NCBI GenBank assembly: GCA_043803405.1
Contig: JAZDKB010000018.1
Span: 128,001-192,000 of the forward strand
Origin: Spirochaetota bacterium
GTDB taxonomy: Bacteria > Spirochaetota > UBA4802 > JAFGDQ01
Direction: 5' to 3'
Length of the DNA stretch: 64,000 nt
Shown here: one piece after another, positions 1 through 10,391 of the stretch
Numbering within the stretch: position 1 is the first letter of the stretch
How the letters are laid out: the number at the start of each line of letters is the position of its first letter
The notes under the pieces: generated by a model
What the model was told of the DNA's origin: nothing
What the model saw: only the letters and a program-made list of their open reading frames with translations
Databases searched by the model: none
Made by a program: the position numbers and the translations under genes

Positions 1-176
1 TGAGCTTGTTTGAAAATACTGTTTAATGTACCGGAAGCAATATCATCAGATGGTTTGCCGGCGATTGTTAAACGTCCGGATTTATACAAATGCTTATATT
101 GTCTATGACTTCCCTTTGTTGTTACGAGAAACCAGCCATCTGATTCGATTATTTTAATAATATCTCTGATTTTCAT
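1..176 (-). CDS. hicA: HicA-family mRNA interferase toxin, 3' end cut by window edge (not in ORF track)
   Basis: Manual translation from ATG at 176: MKIRDIIKIIESDGWFLVTTKGSHRQYKHLYKSGRLTIAGKPSDDIASGTLNSIFKQA; GSH motif and GTLxSIxKQA tail typical of HicA. Confidence 0.9.
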   Translation of the reverse strand, partial: MKIRDIIKIIESDGWFLVTTKGSHRQYKHLYKSGRLTIAGKPSDDIASGTLNSIFKQA

Positions 177-271
177 TTCTGGAATATGTATAGTAAAGAT
201 TAGCGACAATTGCAATATTTTTTTCTATTTATATGCCGTTTATCGGGTTATATAATAATTAAAATCGAACA

Positions 272-365
272 TGTAGGGGCACGGCATGCCGTACCCCTAC
301 AGATGGACATGTCCCTATAGACAATACTGGGACATATGTAGGGGCAAAAATTTTTCATCCCTACA
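272..365. repeat. Two GTAG-type REP-like palindromes
   Basis: TGTAGGGGCACGGCATGCCGTACCCCTACA (272-301) and TGTAGGGGCAAAAATTTTTCATCCCTACA (337-365). Confidence 0.8.
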
Positions 366-406
366 GACATTGCCCCTGCAGGTGTCCGTCAAACAACGGT
401 GTAGGT

Positions 407-470
407 ATGTCAAAAACGATCGGATCAATTATTCGCGATTTTAAAATCAGTATGACGAATTGGAATAAAG
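407..470 (+). pseudogene. Remnant of REP-associated tyrosine transposase (RAYT / Y1 HUH family)
   Basis: Translates MSKTIGSIIRDFKISMTNW, matching the SKTIGSIIRGFKxxVTKW helix of RAYTs; directly follows GTAG REPs; no intact ORF. Confidence 0.6.
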
Positions 471-511
471 ATGAGCATAATTCGATTGTAAATAATAACG
501 AAGTATTTTTA

Positions 512-540
512 TTGACTCTTTCCTGTAATGATTCTACTTT
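512..540 (+). promoter_or_regulatory. Sigma70-like promoter of the MBL hydrolase gene
   Basis: TTGACT-N17-TACTTT; a diverged copy at 5290-5318 keeps both boxes and the spacing. Confidence 0.55.
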
Positions 541-608
541 TTTTATACCTACTTAAATAAATTTATCTTTTAATATAATTTGTAACAAATATTTAAAAGG
601 ACAATCCA

Positions 609-1337
609 ATGAAAATAAAAATTCTCGGAAACGGAGGATATGTAAACAAAGGACTTCCGTATAATTCGTTTATTATTAATTCAAAGCTTTTGGTGGAATG
701 TCCTCCGGATATAATGGTTTCACTTCACAGGGAAAAAGTGAATCTGCCTTTGATAGAAGAAATTTTTATTTCGCATCTGCACGGCGATCACTGTTTCGGA
801 TTCCCGTTTTTCGTGTATCATTTTTATCACAATGAAATTAATGTTAAATTCAGGCTTTTTTCGGTAAAAGAAGCAAAGGAACATTTAATTGATTTAACTG
901 AAAAGGCATTGTCAGCCGGGAACCCGTGCATTGACTGGATCAATAAAAACATAGAATTTGTAAATATTTCAGATAATCCTGAGATCAGTTTGCTGAATTA
1001 TAAAGCCAGGCTTTTCCGAATGGATCATTCCAGGGAGAATTACGGATTCGTTCTTTATGATAATGGGAGAAGTTCCCTGTCGTATATATCAGATACGAAA
1101 TGGTCGGAGAATATTGAAGCAATGCTTAAAGAAAATCCCAAAGCGGTTTTAGTTGATCTTGCAGGTGAGCCTGAGGATAAAAATCCTGTTCATTTAAGCG
1201 AGAAAGAAATAATAGCAAAGGGAATCAAGCTTGTAAGTAAAGAAACAATATTTTACGGTACGCATTTAATTCATAAAAAGAAAAGCTCTCATCATAGAAT
1301 TAAGTATGTAAAGCCGGGAATGAAGATCAAGATATAA
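609..1337 (+). CDS. Metallo-beta-lactamase fold hydrolase (RNase Z/PhnP-like)
   Basis: SHLHGDH motif, later H, YISDT and GTH motifs; starts MKIKILG. Confidence 0.8.
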   Translation: MKIKILGNGGYVNKGLPYNSFIINSKLLVECPPDIMVSLHREKVNLPLIEEIFISHLHGDHCFGFPFFVYHFYHNEINVKFRLFSVKEAKEHLIDLTEKALSAGNPCIDWINKNIEFVNISDNPEISLLNYKARLFRMDHSRENYGFVLYDNGRSSLSYISDTKWSENIEAMLKENPKAVLVDLAGEPEDKNPVHLSEKEIIAKGIKLVSKETIFYGTHLIHKKKSSHHRIKYVKPGMKIKI

Positions 1338-1376
1338 GCTATATTGAAGAAATAATATATTATATAGGAGTTTCCA

Positions 1377-4300
1377 GTGTATGCAGCAATGGTTAATGCG
1401 TTAAAAAAAATAATGCCATATTTTATTTTTTTATTTATTATTGTCTGCACAAACACTCCAAATTCAATCAAGACCGATGCCGATAAAAATAAAATCTTTA
1501 GCAGCATGTATCTTAATAATAAGGAACCGGCAGGAAAGCTGGAACTTATACCGCGGATTATTCCAATAAGCGATTTTTCAGCAAAAGAAATAATACAAAA
1601 ATCAAATCCGATTTCATGGTATGTGAAAGGCCTGCGGGGTGTTCATATTGAAGACAGCGAAACAGGCAAAAAGTTTTACAAAATATTCGGCTTTGGCTCA
1701 ACAGTTGTTAAGTCGGATTATATTCATCTTCTGGACAAAGAAAAGAAACTGGTATTTGTAGAAGTTTACGATTCAGGCGGCCATTCATATTACGCTATTG
1801 TTGACATGAATGCAAACAAAGTAATTCACGAGCAGGAGACTCCGGGTTGCCTTGTTCTTCCCCTGGAAGGGAATTTGCTGGTACATGAAAGTAAAACAAA
1901 AAAATGGTTTTTAAGAGACTATACCTTTGCGCAAAAGTTTGAAAATGATCTTACCAGAATGCTTACAAACAAAAAGATACAGTATATACATTATAAAAAT
2001 ATCGATGAAAAAAGCAGAAGTATTTTATGTTCATCAGAATATAAGGACATGAATGAAAATGGAATTCTGATAAATATTTCCTGGAAAAAGGATTTTAAAA
2101 ACGCAAAGGCTATACCGCTTGTCAGCGCATTTGAAGGGAAAAAACATTACAGTGACCAATTTCAATTTGCTCAGTCGGGCGAGTGGGCTGCATGGGAATA
2201 TTCGAACTCAGTGCAGAAGAACGAATCAATATACACTATTTATTCAGAGCTTTACTTCTTTCTTCGCATTGAAGGCGAAATTTACGATACACCGTTCTAT
2301 GGCGGCGTTATAGTTAAGAGGGAAAGCGGGCGCGGTGCAGATACAGACATAATAAGCGAATTCCTGACACATAAAGATTACGGTGAGTGCTTTGCAGTGT
2401 ATAACTGCACATGGCTGAAAGGCAGCAGATCTGTTTTGCTGTACACTCGTGATGATTTAAAAAAAGCTTATAAAGCAAATAAAGAACAGGCTGTAGCTAA
2501 AAAACTGGCATTGCAAAAAAGCAGCTATTCTGTAAATATCGAAATCTCTGGTGCTAAAGAAATTACTTTTTACCCGCCTGCACCCGTATATCAGTATAAA
2601 GTATCTCCCGACGGGCATTTCGTTGCAATTGAAGACTGGGAATTCCGTATATCGGTATATCCTATTGTTAATGGGGCTGTTTCTGCAGTGCCATGCAGCC
2701 GTTTTTTGCCATATGGAGATAAGGTTAAAGGAATATATTTCTCCCCTGACTCCAATACAATTCTTACGACTGCATTGAATAGCGCAGGTATTGTTTCATG
2801 GAACCGCTTCGGAGCGCTGAACGCAAAAATAGATTCAGGGCAGGTTTCCGATATTCATTGCTACACAAACAATGTATTTGTTTTTGCAGAGGGAGAGAGA
2901 CAAATTAAAATCCGCAGCATATACGGGAAAATCATTTGCGACTATTTCATTCCATTTGATGACGATGTGTATAAACCTTTATGTGTAACAGCGTCCGCGT
3001 CTGGAAGCAGGATTATTGCAGGCACATCAGGCGGATGGATATATTTTATCGATACAAAGACAGGAAAATTTTCCAGAAAAGATTATAAGACATCTGACAT
3101 TACACAAGTCTGTTTAAGCCCGAGTGACGATTATTTTGCCTTTAACGTTCCGTTTAAAAAGACAGTATATGTGTGCAATCTTAACGGACGGATAATCAGA
3201 AATATTTCCCCTGCTGTTTTCAATTTAACAAAAGAGTCGTGGCAAAAGGAGATAGACAAAAGTCCCGCGGGAAATTGCTCAAGAATGATATATACACCTG
3301 AAAAGGAAATCAGTCTTATGACTTCCTCACATAAAGGCGATTTCTTGGTATATGTTAATCAGGATAATGACATCTGCTTTATGCCGGATAATTTCAGTAC
3401 AATCATTTACTCAAAATACCATTCCGACGAAGTAAACGCGATTGCTGTTTCACCTGACGACAGCCTGGTTGCAACAGGCGGCAAGGATATGAAGATATGC
3501 CTCTGGGACAGAAACGGCCGTCTTACAGGTACTTTTTTCGGGTGTACGAACCCTGTTGAAAACATAGCGTTCTCAAAAGACGGTAAAGAGATAATCGCGT
3601 CTTCATCAGGACAGATAATCTCATTCGACAGAAATGGATCAATTCTGCGCGAGAATCGCTTTGATTTTTACGGTAATCAGGGATCCGGGAATTCAGGCTC
3701 TGTTTATCTTTATCATAAAAAAGGCTCGTATCCTGAGCTTAAGAATTTACAGGGGAATACTCTTAATAAGTTTAAGGATTATAAATTAAAGGGTGAATAT
3801 ATTATAACAGATCAGTGGGCTTATGAGGTTACGCGTTATTCTGTAACCGACAATTCTTTCGTAAACAACGCTGTCTTTTCGCAGGACGACAAATATATCG
3901 CGCTTATAAAGGATGACACGAATATTGATTTCTGCGAAACAAATCATAAAATACTTTTTTCTATAGCGACGAATAATGCCAGGTATAATAAGGCTGTATT
4001 TTCGCCTGACGGCAGGTATGCAGCATGTAATATATACAGGGGAAAGTACGCGGGCGATGGCATTGTCGGGTTAGAACAGGTGCTTGTGATTGACCTTCAA
4101 ACTAAAAAAAACGTGCTGCTTTTAAATGAAAATCCAGGTTTTGATTTTAGCGGTAATTCCGAAAGCTTATTTACCTATAATGACGGAATCATTAAGCAAT
4201 GGGACCTTAAGGAAATATTCAAAGGAAAAACCCGGATTATAAACTGCTCAGGCCAGAAAGGCATAACAAGGGATTACAGGCTGAGCTTTAAGGATTTTTA

Positions 4301-5204
4301 TGCTGACAATGAATTTAAGATTGATGCAGCCGCCTTTATGCCAGGAAAGCTTATTATACATGGTTCTTCATGGAGAGATTTTTCCGAGTACTCGCCAGCT
4401 ACTCTGAAGTATAATAAAAGCTTTAACAGTAATTTTCATGATAATCTTGACAGCTCGCCTGACAACAAATGGATATCGGTTTCTGATAAAGATAAAATCG
4501 CTGTCTGGGATTCTCAGAAACGAAGCCTTTTATGGGAAAAGAGTATTAATAAAGACAGGATAAGCAAAAGCGCGTTTTCTGCTGACAGCAGGCTCCTGGC
4601 ATTGTACCAATACGATACTTACGACTGGGGCAAGGGACGTATTGCCAGGTTCGTTGACGTACAAACTGGCGCAGTTAAGCTTGAAGCAAAAAAGCGCTAT
4701 CAGGGTCATGCGGATACAGTGCGCTTCAGTAATGACAGCAAAATGCTTTGCATTTCATCATCCGAAAATCCGATTGTCTTTATTTCTGCTGAAACAGGCG
4801 AGGAGATATGGACTGCTTCAATGAAAAACTGCAATGTTTTCGATATTGCTTTTTCTCCGGATAATAAATGTTTTGCTGCAGCTGTAAGGAATTATAATAC
4901 ACATATACGAAAAATATTGATTTATGACATAAACACCAAAAAGGTTCTGTGGGAATTTACGAATCTTCGAAGTGATATACAATGCCTCATGTTCTCTGCA
5001 GACAATAAATACCTGTTTGAGGGCGATGAGTCATCTATACGTATCCGCGATCTTGCTACCAAAAAGATAATGTATACTATTGCCGGTTTTGACGGCCATC
5101 CCAAAAAGATGGGATTCTCCGGCAGCGAATATTTCTGCCTGCTGACAAGCGAAGACCATTTGTATGTTTATAACTGGAAGGATATTGCAGGATTTTTAAA
5201 ATGA
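1377..5204 (+). CDS. Large exported WD40/beta-propeller repeat protein, possible lipoprotein
   Basis: Hydrophobic N-terminus ending IIVC; many FSPD/FSxD repeats and HSDEVNAIAVSPDDSLVATGGKDMKICLWD. Confidence 0.85.
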   Translation: MYAAMVNALKKIMPYFIFLFIIVCTNTPNSIKTDADKNKIFSSMYLNNKEPAGKLELIPRIIPISDFSAKEIIQKSNPISWYVKGLRGVHIEDSETGKKFYKIFGFGSTVVKSDYIHLLDKEKKLVFVEVYDSGGHSYYAIVDMNANKVIHEQETPGCLVLPLEGNLLVHESKTKKWFLRDYTFAQKFENDLTRMLTNKKIQYIHYKNIDEKSRSILCSSEYKDMNENGILINISWKKDFKNAKAIPLVSAFEGKKHYSDQFQFAQSGEWAAWEYSNSVQKNESIYTIYSELYFFLRIEGEIYDTPFYGGVIVKRESGRGADTDIISEFLTHKDYGECFAVYNCTWLKGSRSVLLYTRDDLKKAYKANKEQAVAKKLALQKSSYSVNIEISGAKEITFYPPAPVYQYKVSPDGHFVAIEDWEFRISVYPIVNGAVSAVPCSRFLPYGDKVKGIYFSPDSNTILTTALNSAGIVSWNRFGALNAKIDSGQVSDIHCYTNNVFVFAEGERQIKIRSIYGKIICDYFIPFDDDVYKPLCVTASASGSRIIAGTSGGWIYFIDTKTGKFSRKDYKTSDITQVCLSPSDDYFAFNVPFKKTVYVCNLNGRIIRNISPAVFNLTKESWQKEIDKSPAGNCSRMIYTPEKEISLMTSSHKGDFLVYVNQDNDICFMPDNFSTIIYSKYHSDEVNAIAVSPDDSLVATGGKDMKICLWDRNGRLTGTFFGCTNPVENIAFSKDGKEIIASSSGQIISFDRNGSILRENRFDFYGNQGSGNSGSVYLYHKKGSYPELKNLQGNTLNKFKDYKLKGEYIITDQWAYEVTRYSVTDNSFVNNAVFSQDDKYIALIKDDTNIDFCETNHKILFSIATNNARYNKAVFSPDGRYAACNIYRGKYAGDGIVGLEQVLVIDLQTKKNVLLLNENPGFDFSGNSESLFTYNDGIIKQWDLKEIFKGKTRIINCSGQKGITRDYRLSFKDFYADNEFKIDAAAFMPGKLIIHGSSWRDFSEYSPATLKYNKSFNSNFHDNLDSSPDNKWISVSDKDKIAVWDSQKRSLLWEKSINKDRISKSAFSADSRLLALYQYDTYDWGKGRIARFVDVQTGAVKLEAKKRYQGHADTVRFSNDSKMLCISSSENPIVFISAETGEEIWTASMKNCNVFDIAFSPDNKCFAAAVRNYNTHIRKILIYDINTKKVLWEFTNLRSDIQCLMFSADNKYLFEGDESSIRIRDLATKKIMYTIAGFDGHPKKMGFSGSEYFCLLTSEDHLYVYNWKDIAGFLK

Positions 5205-5289
5205 ACTTCATTAGCTGACATTGAAGTTATTCATCCAGAAAATTTGTTCCGGATTATATGAAGACGTATTTCCCATCTGTGTATTTTTA

Positions 5290-5318
5290 TTGACTCTTTC
5301 CGGTAATATTTCTATTAT
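5290..5318 (+). promoter_or_regulatory. Sigma70-like promoter, duplicate of 512-540
   Basis: TTGACT-N17-TATTAT; GTATTTTTATTGACTCTTTCC shared with 503-523. Confidence 0.55.
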
Positions 5319-5354
5319 TTTTAATAGTATTTAATTTTATGCTTACTTACTTGA

Positions 5355-5478
5355 AAAGGGAATTAAATTAATAGGCAAAGAAACAGTATTTTACGGTACG
5401 CATTTAATTCACAAAAAGAAAAGCTCCCACCATAGAATTAAGTATGTCAGGCCGGGAATGTAAATTAAGATATAAGCC
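5355..5478 (+). pseudogene. Diverged duplicate of the 3' end of the 609-1337 gene, with premature stop
   Basis: KGIKLIGKETVFYGTHLIHKKKSSHHRIKYVRPGM*IKI* versus KGIKLVSKETIFYGTHLIHKKKSSHHRIKYVKPGMKIKI*. Confidence 0.9.
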
Positions 5479-5517
5479 AACTGTTGATATAACAAATATA
5501 ATAAACCGGAGGGATAT

Positions 5518-5784
5518 ATGGAAGAAGGGCAATATAAGGTTGCAGCTCGCATTACAGGCATTAAAGGCAAATGTGCATTCGGCCATAAGGTCGGTGAAAC
5601 ATTTGAGCTAAGCGGTTATACACCGGACGGGCTTTGCGGTTATTTTTATCATGATATTTACCCGTACATTATTATGCTGGAGTTCGGGGGAAAATTCCCC
5701 GCAGCATGGAGCGGAGAAATAATGAAGTTCGACTGCATGGATAAGGAAAATGCGGTAAGCATTGAAATGAGACGCGTTGATTAA
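5518..5784 (+). CDS. Small Cys-containing protein, TIGR04076-like
   Basis: KGKCAFGHKVGETF..TPDGLC..CMD pattern; RBS GGAGG. Confidence 0.7.
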   Translation: MEEGQYKVAARITGIKGKCAFGHKVGETFELSGYTPDGLCGYFYHDIYPYIIMLEFGGKFPAAWSGEIMKFDCMDKENAVSIEMRRVD

Positions 5785-5798
5785 CTAAGGAGGATTTT

Positions 5799-6245
5799 GT
5801 GAAAGCGCTAATTCAGCGTGTAAGCCGCGCATCTGTCAGCATTGGCAGCGAGGTTGTCGGAAGTATTGGCAAAGGCCTTGCTGTTCTTGTCGGAGTTGTT
5901 AACGGGGATACACTGGAAGATGTTAAATACCTTGCAGGAAAAACGGTTAACCTGCGGATTTTCGAGGACGAACAGGGGAAATTCAACCTGTCGCTCCTTG
6001 ATATAAAAGGAGAGCTTCTTGTCGTAAGCCAGTTCACGCTCGCTGCTGATTGCAGAAGGGGGCGTAGGCCGAGTTTTACTGACGCTGCTGCTCCTGATAT
6101 TGCCGAAGATCTAATCAGCAACTTTGTTTCCGAAGCCGGTAAACTGGGCGTCAAAACTGCAACAGGCCGCTTCCGGTCCCACATGCTTGTAGAAATTCAC
6201 AATGACGGGCCTGTGACAATTATGCTAGACAGCGCTGAGAAGTAG
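5799..6245 (+). CDS. dtd: D-aminoacyl-tRNA deacylase
   Basis: MKALIQRV start, SQFTL, GRRPSF and NDGPVT signatures. Confidence 0.97.
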   Translation: MKALIQRVSRASVSIGSEVVGSIGKGLAVLVGVVNGDTLEDVKYLAGKTVNLRIFEDEQGKFNLSLLDIKGELLVVSQFTLAADCRRGRRPSFTDAAAPDIAEDLISNFVSEAGKLGVKTATGRFRSHMLVEIHNDGPVTIMLDSAEK

Positions 6246-6287
6246 ATTTATATGTCAAATAAATATTATGTATTTCAATTTTGGGTA

Positions 6288-6439
6288 CTAGTGTCTTGAC
6301 CGTATAAATTTAAATTGATTTTGCCACAGAGACACGGAGTCACAGAGAAGATGAATTAATTATTTTTATAAAAACTCAGTGACTCTATGACAAAATTTAA
6401 AATATTTTTTAATTCAAGATCATACGGTCTAAGCACTTG
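6288..6439. mobile_element. MITE-like element with terminal inverted repeats enclosing a GCCACAGAGAC-family palindrome
   Basis: CTAGTGTCTTGACCGTAT / ATACGGTCTAAGCACTTG imperfect TIRs; inner TTTTGCCACAGAGACACGGAG / CTCAGTGACTCTATGACAAAA. Confidence 0.55.
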
Positions 6440-6478
6440 TAACCACAAAAACTGATCACTTGCAATTCAATCAATATT

Positions 6479-7486
6479 ATGACAGCAAATAAAAAGCCGA
6501 TTATTGAAGAAATCCTGCCAAATTTTTACAGGGTCGAAATCCCGCTTCCCGATAATCCGTTAAGATCCATCAATTCTTATATGATAAAGTCTCCTGAACG
6601 GAATTTAATTATTGATACAGGAATGAACCGCAGCCTGTGCTTTAATGCAATCAGCGAAGCAGTAAGGGAGCTTGGAATAAACCTTAATAAAACTGATTTT
6701 TTTATTACACATTTTCATTTTGATCATATAGGCCTTGTAAGCAGGTTATTTTCCCCTAATTCTAAATGCTATTTCAACAGCCCTGAATCTTATGAGACAC
6801 GGTTTTTTACTTTAACAGACTGGGTCAACAAAGCAATGTCGCTGGCTTCTCTTCACGGATTTTTTGAAGCGTGGAGCAATGACATAAAAGCTGAGATAGC
6901 TATTGAAGAAGATCATTATCATATTATTTATCCTGAATTTACAATTGTAAAAGAAGGAGATATTATAAATGCCGGCGATTATTCTTTTAAGTGCATTGAG
7001 ACACCCGGACACAGCCTTTGCCATATATGCCTGTATGATGAATCGCGCAGGATACTGATTTCCGGCGACCATGTGCTGGGAGATATCAGCCCTAATATCT
7101 CTTCAAGATTAAACGATGAGGACCCGCTTATGGAATATTTGTCCAGCCTGGATAAAATCAGCGGACTTGATGTTACCTTGTGCCTTCCGGGCCACCGCAG
7201 CATAATTAAGAATTTCCACAGCAGAGTAAGCGAGCTTAAACAACATCACGAAGAAAGATTGAATGAGATACTTGATATTTTAAATACACAAAATCAGAAT
7301 ACTTACCAGATAGCATCTCAGATGAAATGGGACATGTCCTACGATACTATGGAGGAATTCCCTGTTTTCCAGAAATGGTTTGCTTTTTCCGAAGCCCTGT
7401 CGCACCTGCGATACCTGGAATCATTGAATAAAGTTATCCGGATTACATGCACGGATAAGCATATAATTTATTCAAAGAAGAATTAG
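6479..7486 (+). CDS. MBL-fold hydrolase (glyoxalase II/LACTB2-like) with C-terminal winged helix
   Basis: THFHFDH, TPGHS, SGDH, LPGH motifs; C-terminal EALSHLRYL. Confidence 0.85.
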   Translation: MTANKKPIIEEILPNFYRVEIPLPDNPLRSINSYMIKSPERNLIIDTGMNRSLCFNAISEAVRELGINLNKTDFFITHFHFDHIGLVSRLFSPNSKCYFNSPESYETRFFTLTDWVNKAMSLASLHGFFEAWSNDIKAEIAIEEDHYHIIYPEFTIVKEGDIINAGDYSFKCIETPGHSLCHICLYDESRRILISGDHVLGDISPNISSRLNDEDPLMEYLSSLDKISGLDVTLCLPGHRSIIKNFHSRVSELKQHHEERLNEILDILNTQNQNTYQIASQMKWDMSYDTMEEFPVFQKWFAFSEALSHLRYLESLNKVIRITCTDKHIIYSKKN

Positions 7487-7529
7487 AACTCATCTAAAAA
7501 GCACCGGCTGTTTTTTAGCTAAGCTGTAA
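7483..7529. repeat. Short palindrome related to the 53386 element; may act as terminator
   Basis: TAGAACTCATCT shared with 53387; CTAAAAA...TTTTTAG stem. Confidence 0.4.
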
Positions 7530-7676
7530 TTATTTTCCTCCGGATTCAGCACTTTTTTAAAATCCAGGACAATTAAAATCAATCCGATTATTACATTTTA
7601 TATAAAATTGCATTATACTTGACTTATGAACAAAAATGGTATATGGTATTAAACAAAATATTTAACCGGTTTCATG

Positions 7677-7810
7677 TATTAAACGCAGAGAGCGCGGATA
7701 ACCAAAAGGTAGCAGAAAAATTAAATATAGTATAAATAAAAATAAAGCTGATCGCATTTCCCTTATTTTTTTGCGAATCAATGATTGCTTTGCGTTCTCT
7801 GCGTTTAATA
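7677..7810. repeat. ACGCAGAG-family long hairpin in the glgP leader
   Basis: TATTAAACGCAGAGAGCGCGGA / TTTGCGTTCTCTGCGTTTAATA arms; downstream of TTGACT-N17-TATGGT at 7619-7647. Confidence 0.7.
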
Positions 7811-7887
7811 AAAAAACACAAGTATAATATTTCTGAATAAATTCCAAACGCGGTTCTGCAGATAATAATTTCCCGGAGGAAAACATT

Positions 7888-10377
7888 ATGACGAAAAGTT
7901 CCGATAACAAAATAAAACTTACATCAAGACCGTATGAGTTATCAAATGATAATATTAGTTCCATCAGGGATTCATTTGCAAATCATCTGGAGTATTCACT
8001 GGCAAAAGATCAGTTTTCAGCTACAAAACATGACTGCTATAAAAGCCTTGCGTATGTTATGCGCGACAGGCTTGTAAGGCGCTGGATTGAAACCCAGCAG
8101 GCTTATTATAATTACGATTCCAAACGGGTATATTATCTTTCTCTGGAATTTTTAATGGGCAGGGCGCTCGGAAACAGTATGATTAATACCGGCTTGTACG
8201 AAAAGGCTTCGCATGCGTTTGCAGGGATGGAATATTCGCTGGAAGAGCTTCGCGATGCGGAATGGGATGCCGGTCTCGGCAATGGCGGCCTTGGCAGGCT
8301 CGCTGCCTGTTTTCTGGATTCAATGGCAACTCTGCAGCTACCGGCATACGGCTACGGTATTCGTTACGATTACGGCATCTTTTTTCAGCAGATTATGGAC
8401 GGCTACCAGGTCGAAATTCCGGATAACTGGCTCAGATACGGGAATCCCTGGGAATTTGAAAGGCCGGAATATCTGTACCCTGTAAAATTTTACGGGAATG
8501 TGAACCAGTATAACGACGAACATGGGAATCTGAGAAATGAGTGGGTAAATACCGAACAGGTTATGGCTATGGCATACGATACGCCGATTCCGGGATACAA
8601 AAACAATACGGTAAATTCTTTGAGACTGTGGTCTGCAAAATCAACGCGGGAATTTAACCTGGAATATTTCAATTACGGCGATTATAACAAAGCTGTTGAG
8701 GATAAAGCGGAATCGGAAGTAATATCAAAAGTGCTTTATCCGAATGATAATGTTTTTGAAGGAAAGGAACTGAGGCTTAAGCAGGAATATTTTTTTGTTT
8801 CTGCCAGCCTTCAGGATATTGTGCGTCGTTATAAAAAAGCTCATGATTCGTTTAATGAATTTTCAGATAAAGTCGCAATTCAGATGAATGATACTCACCC
8901 TTCTGTTGCAATAGCGGAGCTAATGCGGATTTTAGTGGACATCGAGAAACTTGACTGGGATGTTGCATGGGATATTACTAAAAATACATTCGGATATACA
9001 AATCATACAATTCTTCCCGAAGCTCTGGAGCAGTGGCCTGTTCATCTGTTTGACAGGGTTCTGCCAAGGCATCTGCAGATTATATATGAGATCAACAGGC
9101 GCTTCCTGGAAAAGATAAGCAGGACTTTCCCGGACGAGAGCGGACGGCTTTCAAGAATGTCGATCATAGAAGAAGGCCAGGAGAAAAAAGTACGCATGGC
9201 AAACCTGGCAATAATAGGAAGCCATTCGATCAATGGTGTCGCAGCTTTGCACAGCGAAATAATAAAAAATCAGGTCTTTCACGATTTTTATGAGCTGTGG
9301 CCGGAGAAATTTAACAATAAGACCAATGGCATAACACAGCGCAGATGGCTTAAACTCTGCAATCCGAAACTGGCGTCATTAATCGATTCCAAAATAGGTG
9401 ATCAATGGGTTACCGATCTTTACGAGTTGAAAAAACTGATCCCATTTGCCGACGATGTGGCTTTCCAGGAAGATTGGTGCAGAGTAAAAAGAGAGAATAA
9501 AATATTCCTCGCGGAATATATAAAGATACATACTGATGTAAAGGTTAATATTGATTCCATTTTTGACTGTCATGTAAAAAGAATACATGAATACAAGCGA
9601 CAGCTTCTGAATGTTCTTCATGTCATTACGCTATATAATCGTTTCGTGACAAACAGTTCAAAATCTGACGTGCCGCGAACAGTGATTTTCGGGGGAAAGG
9701 CTGCGCCCGGATACTATATGGCAAAGCTTATCATTAAGCTGATAAATTCGGTGGCACAGACTATCAATAATGATGCACGCGTGGGTGACAGGCTAAAAGT
9801 CGCGTTCCTAAGGAACTATTGCGTTTCAAACGCAGAGAAAATAATTCCTGCAGCCGATCTTTCCGAGCAGATTTCCACTGCGGGCACGGAAGCATCGGGC
9901 ACAGGCAATATGAAATTCGCTTTAAACGGAGCTCTTACGATCGGCACTCTTGACGGCGCAAATATTGAGATAAAAGAGGAAGTAGGCGACGAAAATATAT
10001 TCATCTTCGGACTTAACACTGAAGAAGTGAACGCAAAAAGATCTTCGGGATACAGATCGTGGGATTGTTATATTACTAATCCGGAGCTAAAGCTTGCGAT
10101 AGATATGATACAGGGCGGGTATTTTTCCGGCCATGACCGTGATCTCTTTAAGCCCATAACAAATTCTCTTCTGGATATGAACGATCATTATATGCTGCTT
10201 GCTGATTATGATTCATTCATTAAATGCCAGGAAAAAGTAAGCGAAACATATAAGAACGCGAAATTATGGACAAGGATGTCCATAATGAATACTGCCAGGA
10301 TGGGTAAATTTTCTACGGACAGGACTATTAAAGAATACGCAGATGATATCTGGGGCGTTAAGCCTGTCGAATTTTAA
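7888..10377 (+). CDS. glgP: Glycogen/starch phosphorylase
   Basis: [38 protein letters not shown] (PLP lysine). Confidence 0.98.
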   Translation: MTKSSDNKIKLTSRPYELSNDNISSIRDSFANHLEYSLAKDQFSATKHDCYKSLAYVMRDRLVRRWIETQQAYYNYDSKRVYYLSLEFLMGRALGNSMINTGLYEKASHAFAGMEYSLEELRDAEWDAGLGNGGLGRLAACFLDSMATLQLPAYGYGIRYDYGIFFQQIMDGYQVEIPDNWLRYGNPWEFERPEYLYPVKFYGNVNQYNDEHGNLRNEWVNTEQVMAMAYDTPIPGYKNNTVNSLRLWSAKSTREFNLEYFNYGDYNKAVEDKAESEVISKVLYPNDNVFEGKELRLKQEYFFVSASLQDIVRRYKKAHDSFNEFSDKVAIQMNDTHPSVAIAELMRILVDIEKLDWDVAWDITKNTFGYTNHTILPEALEQWPVHLFDRVLPRHLQIIYEINRRFLEKISRTFPDESGRLSRMSIIEEGQEKKVRMANLAIIGSHSINGVAALHSEIIKNQVFHDFYELWPEKFNNKTNGITQRRWLKLCNPKLASLIDSKIGDQWVTDLYELKKLIPFADDVAFQEDWCRVKRENKIFLAEYIKIHTDVKVNIDSIFDCHVKRIHEYKRQLLNVLHVITLYNRFVTNSSKSDVPRTVIFGGKAAPGYYMAKLIIKLINSVAQTINNDARVGDRLKVAFLRNYCVSNAEKIIPAADLSEQISTAGTEASGTGNMKFALNGALTIGTLDGANIEIKEEVGDENIFIFGLNTEEVNAKRSSGYRSWDCYITNPELKLAIDMIQGGYFSGHDRDLFKPITNSLLDMNDHYMLLADYDSFIKCQEKVSETYKNAKLWTRMSIMNTARMGKFSTDRTIKEYADDIWGVKPVEF

Positions 10378-10391
10378 TTTTATATAACATA

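Noticed and set aside
272..380. CRISPR array
   Set aside because: Only two palindromic units, non-identical, no regular spacers, no cas genes
1218..5478. Diversity-generating retroelement template/variable repeat pair (also 12151 vs 14919)
   Set aside because: Mismatches are mostly synonymous third positions rather than adenine-specific, and no reverse transcriptase is present
7662..7964. 100-aa minus-strand ORF over the glgP leader
   Set aside because: Overlaps glgP start and runs through a palindromic repeat; low-complexity product
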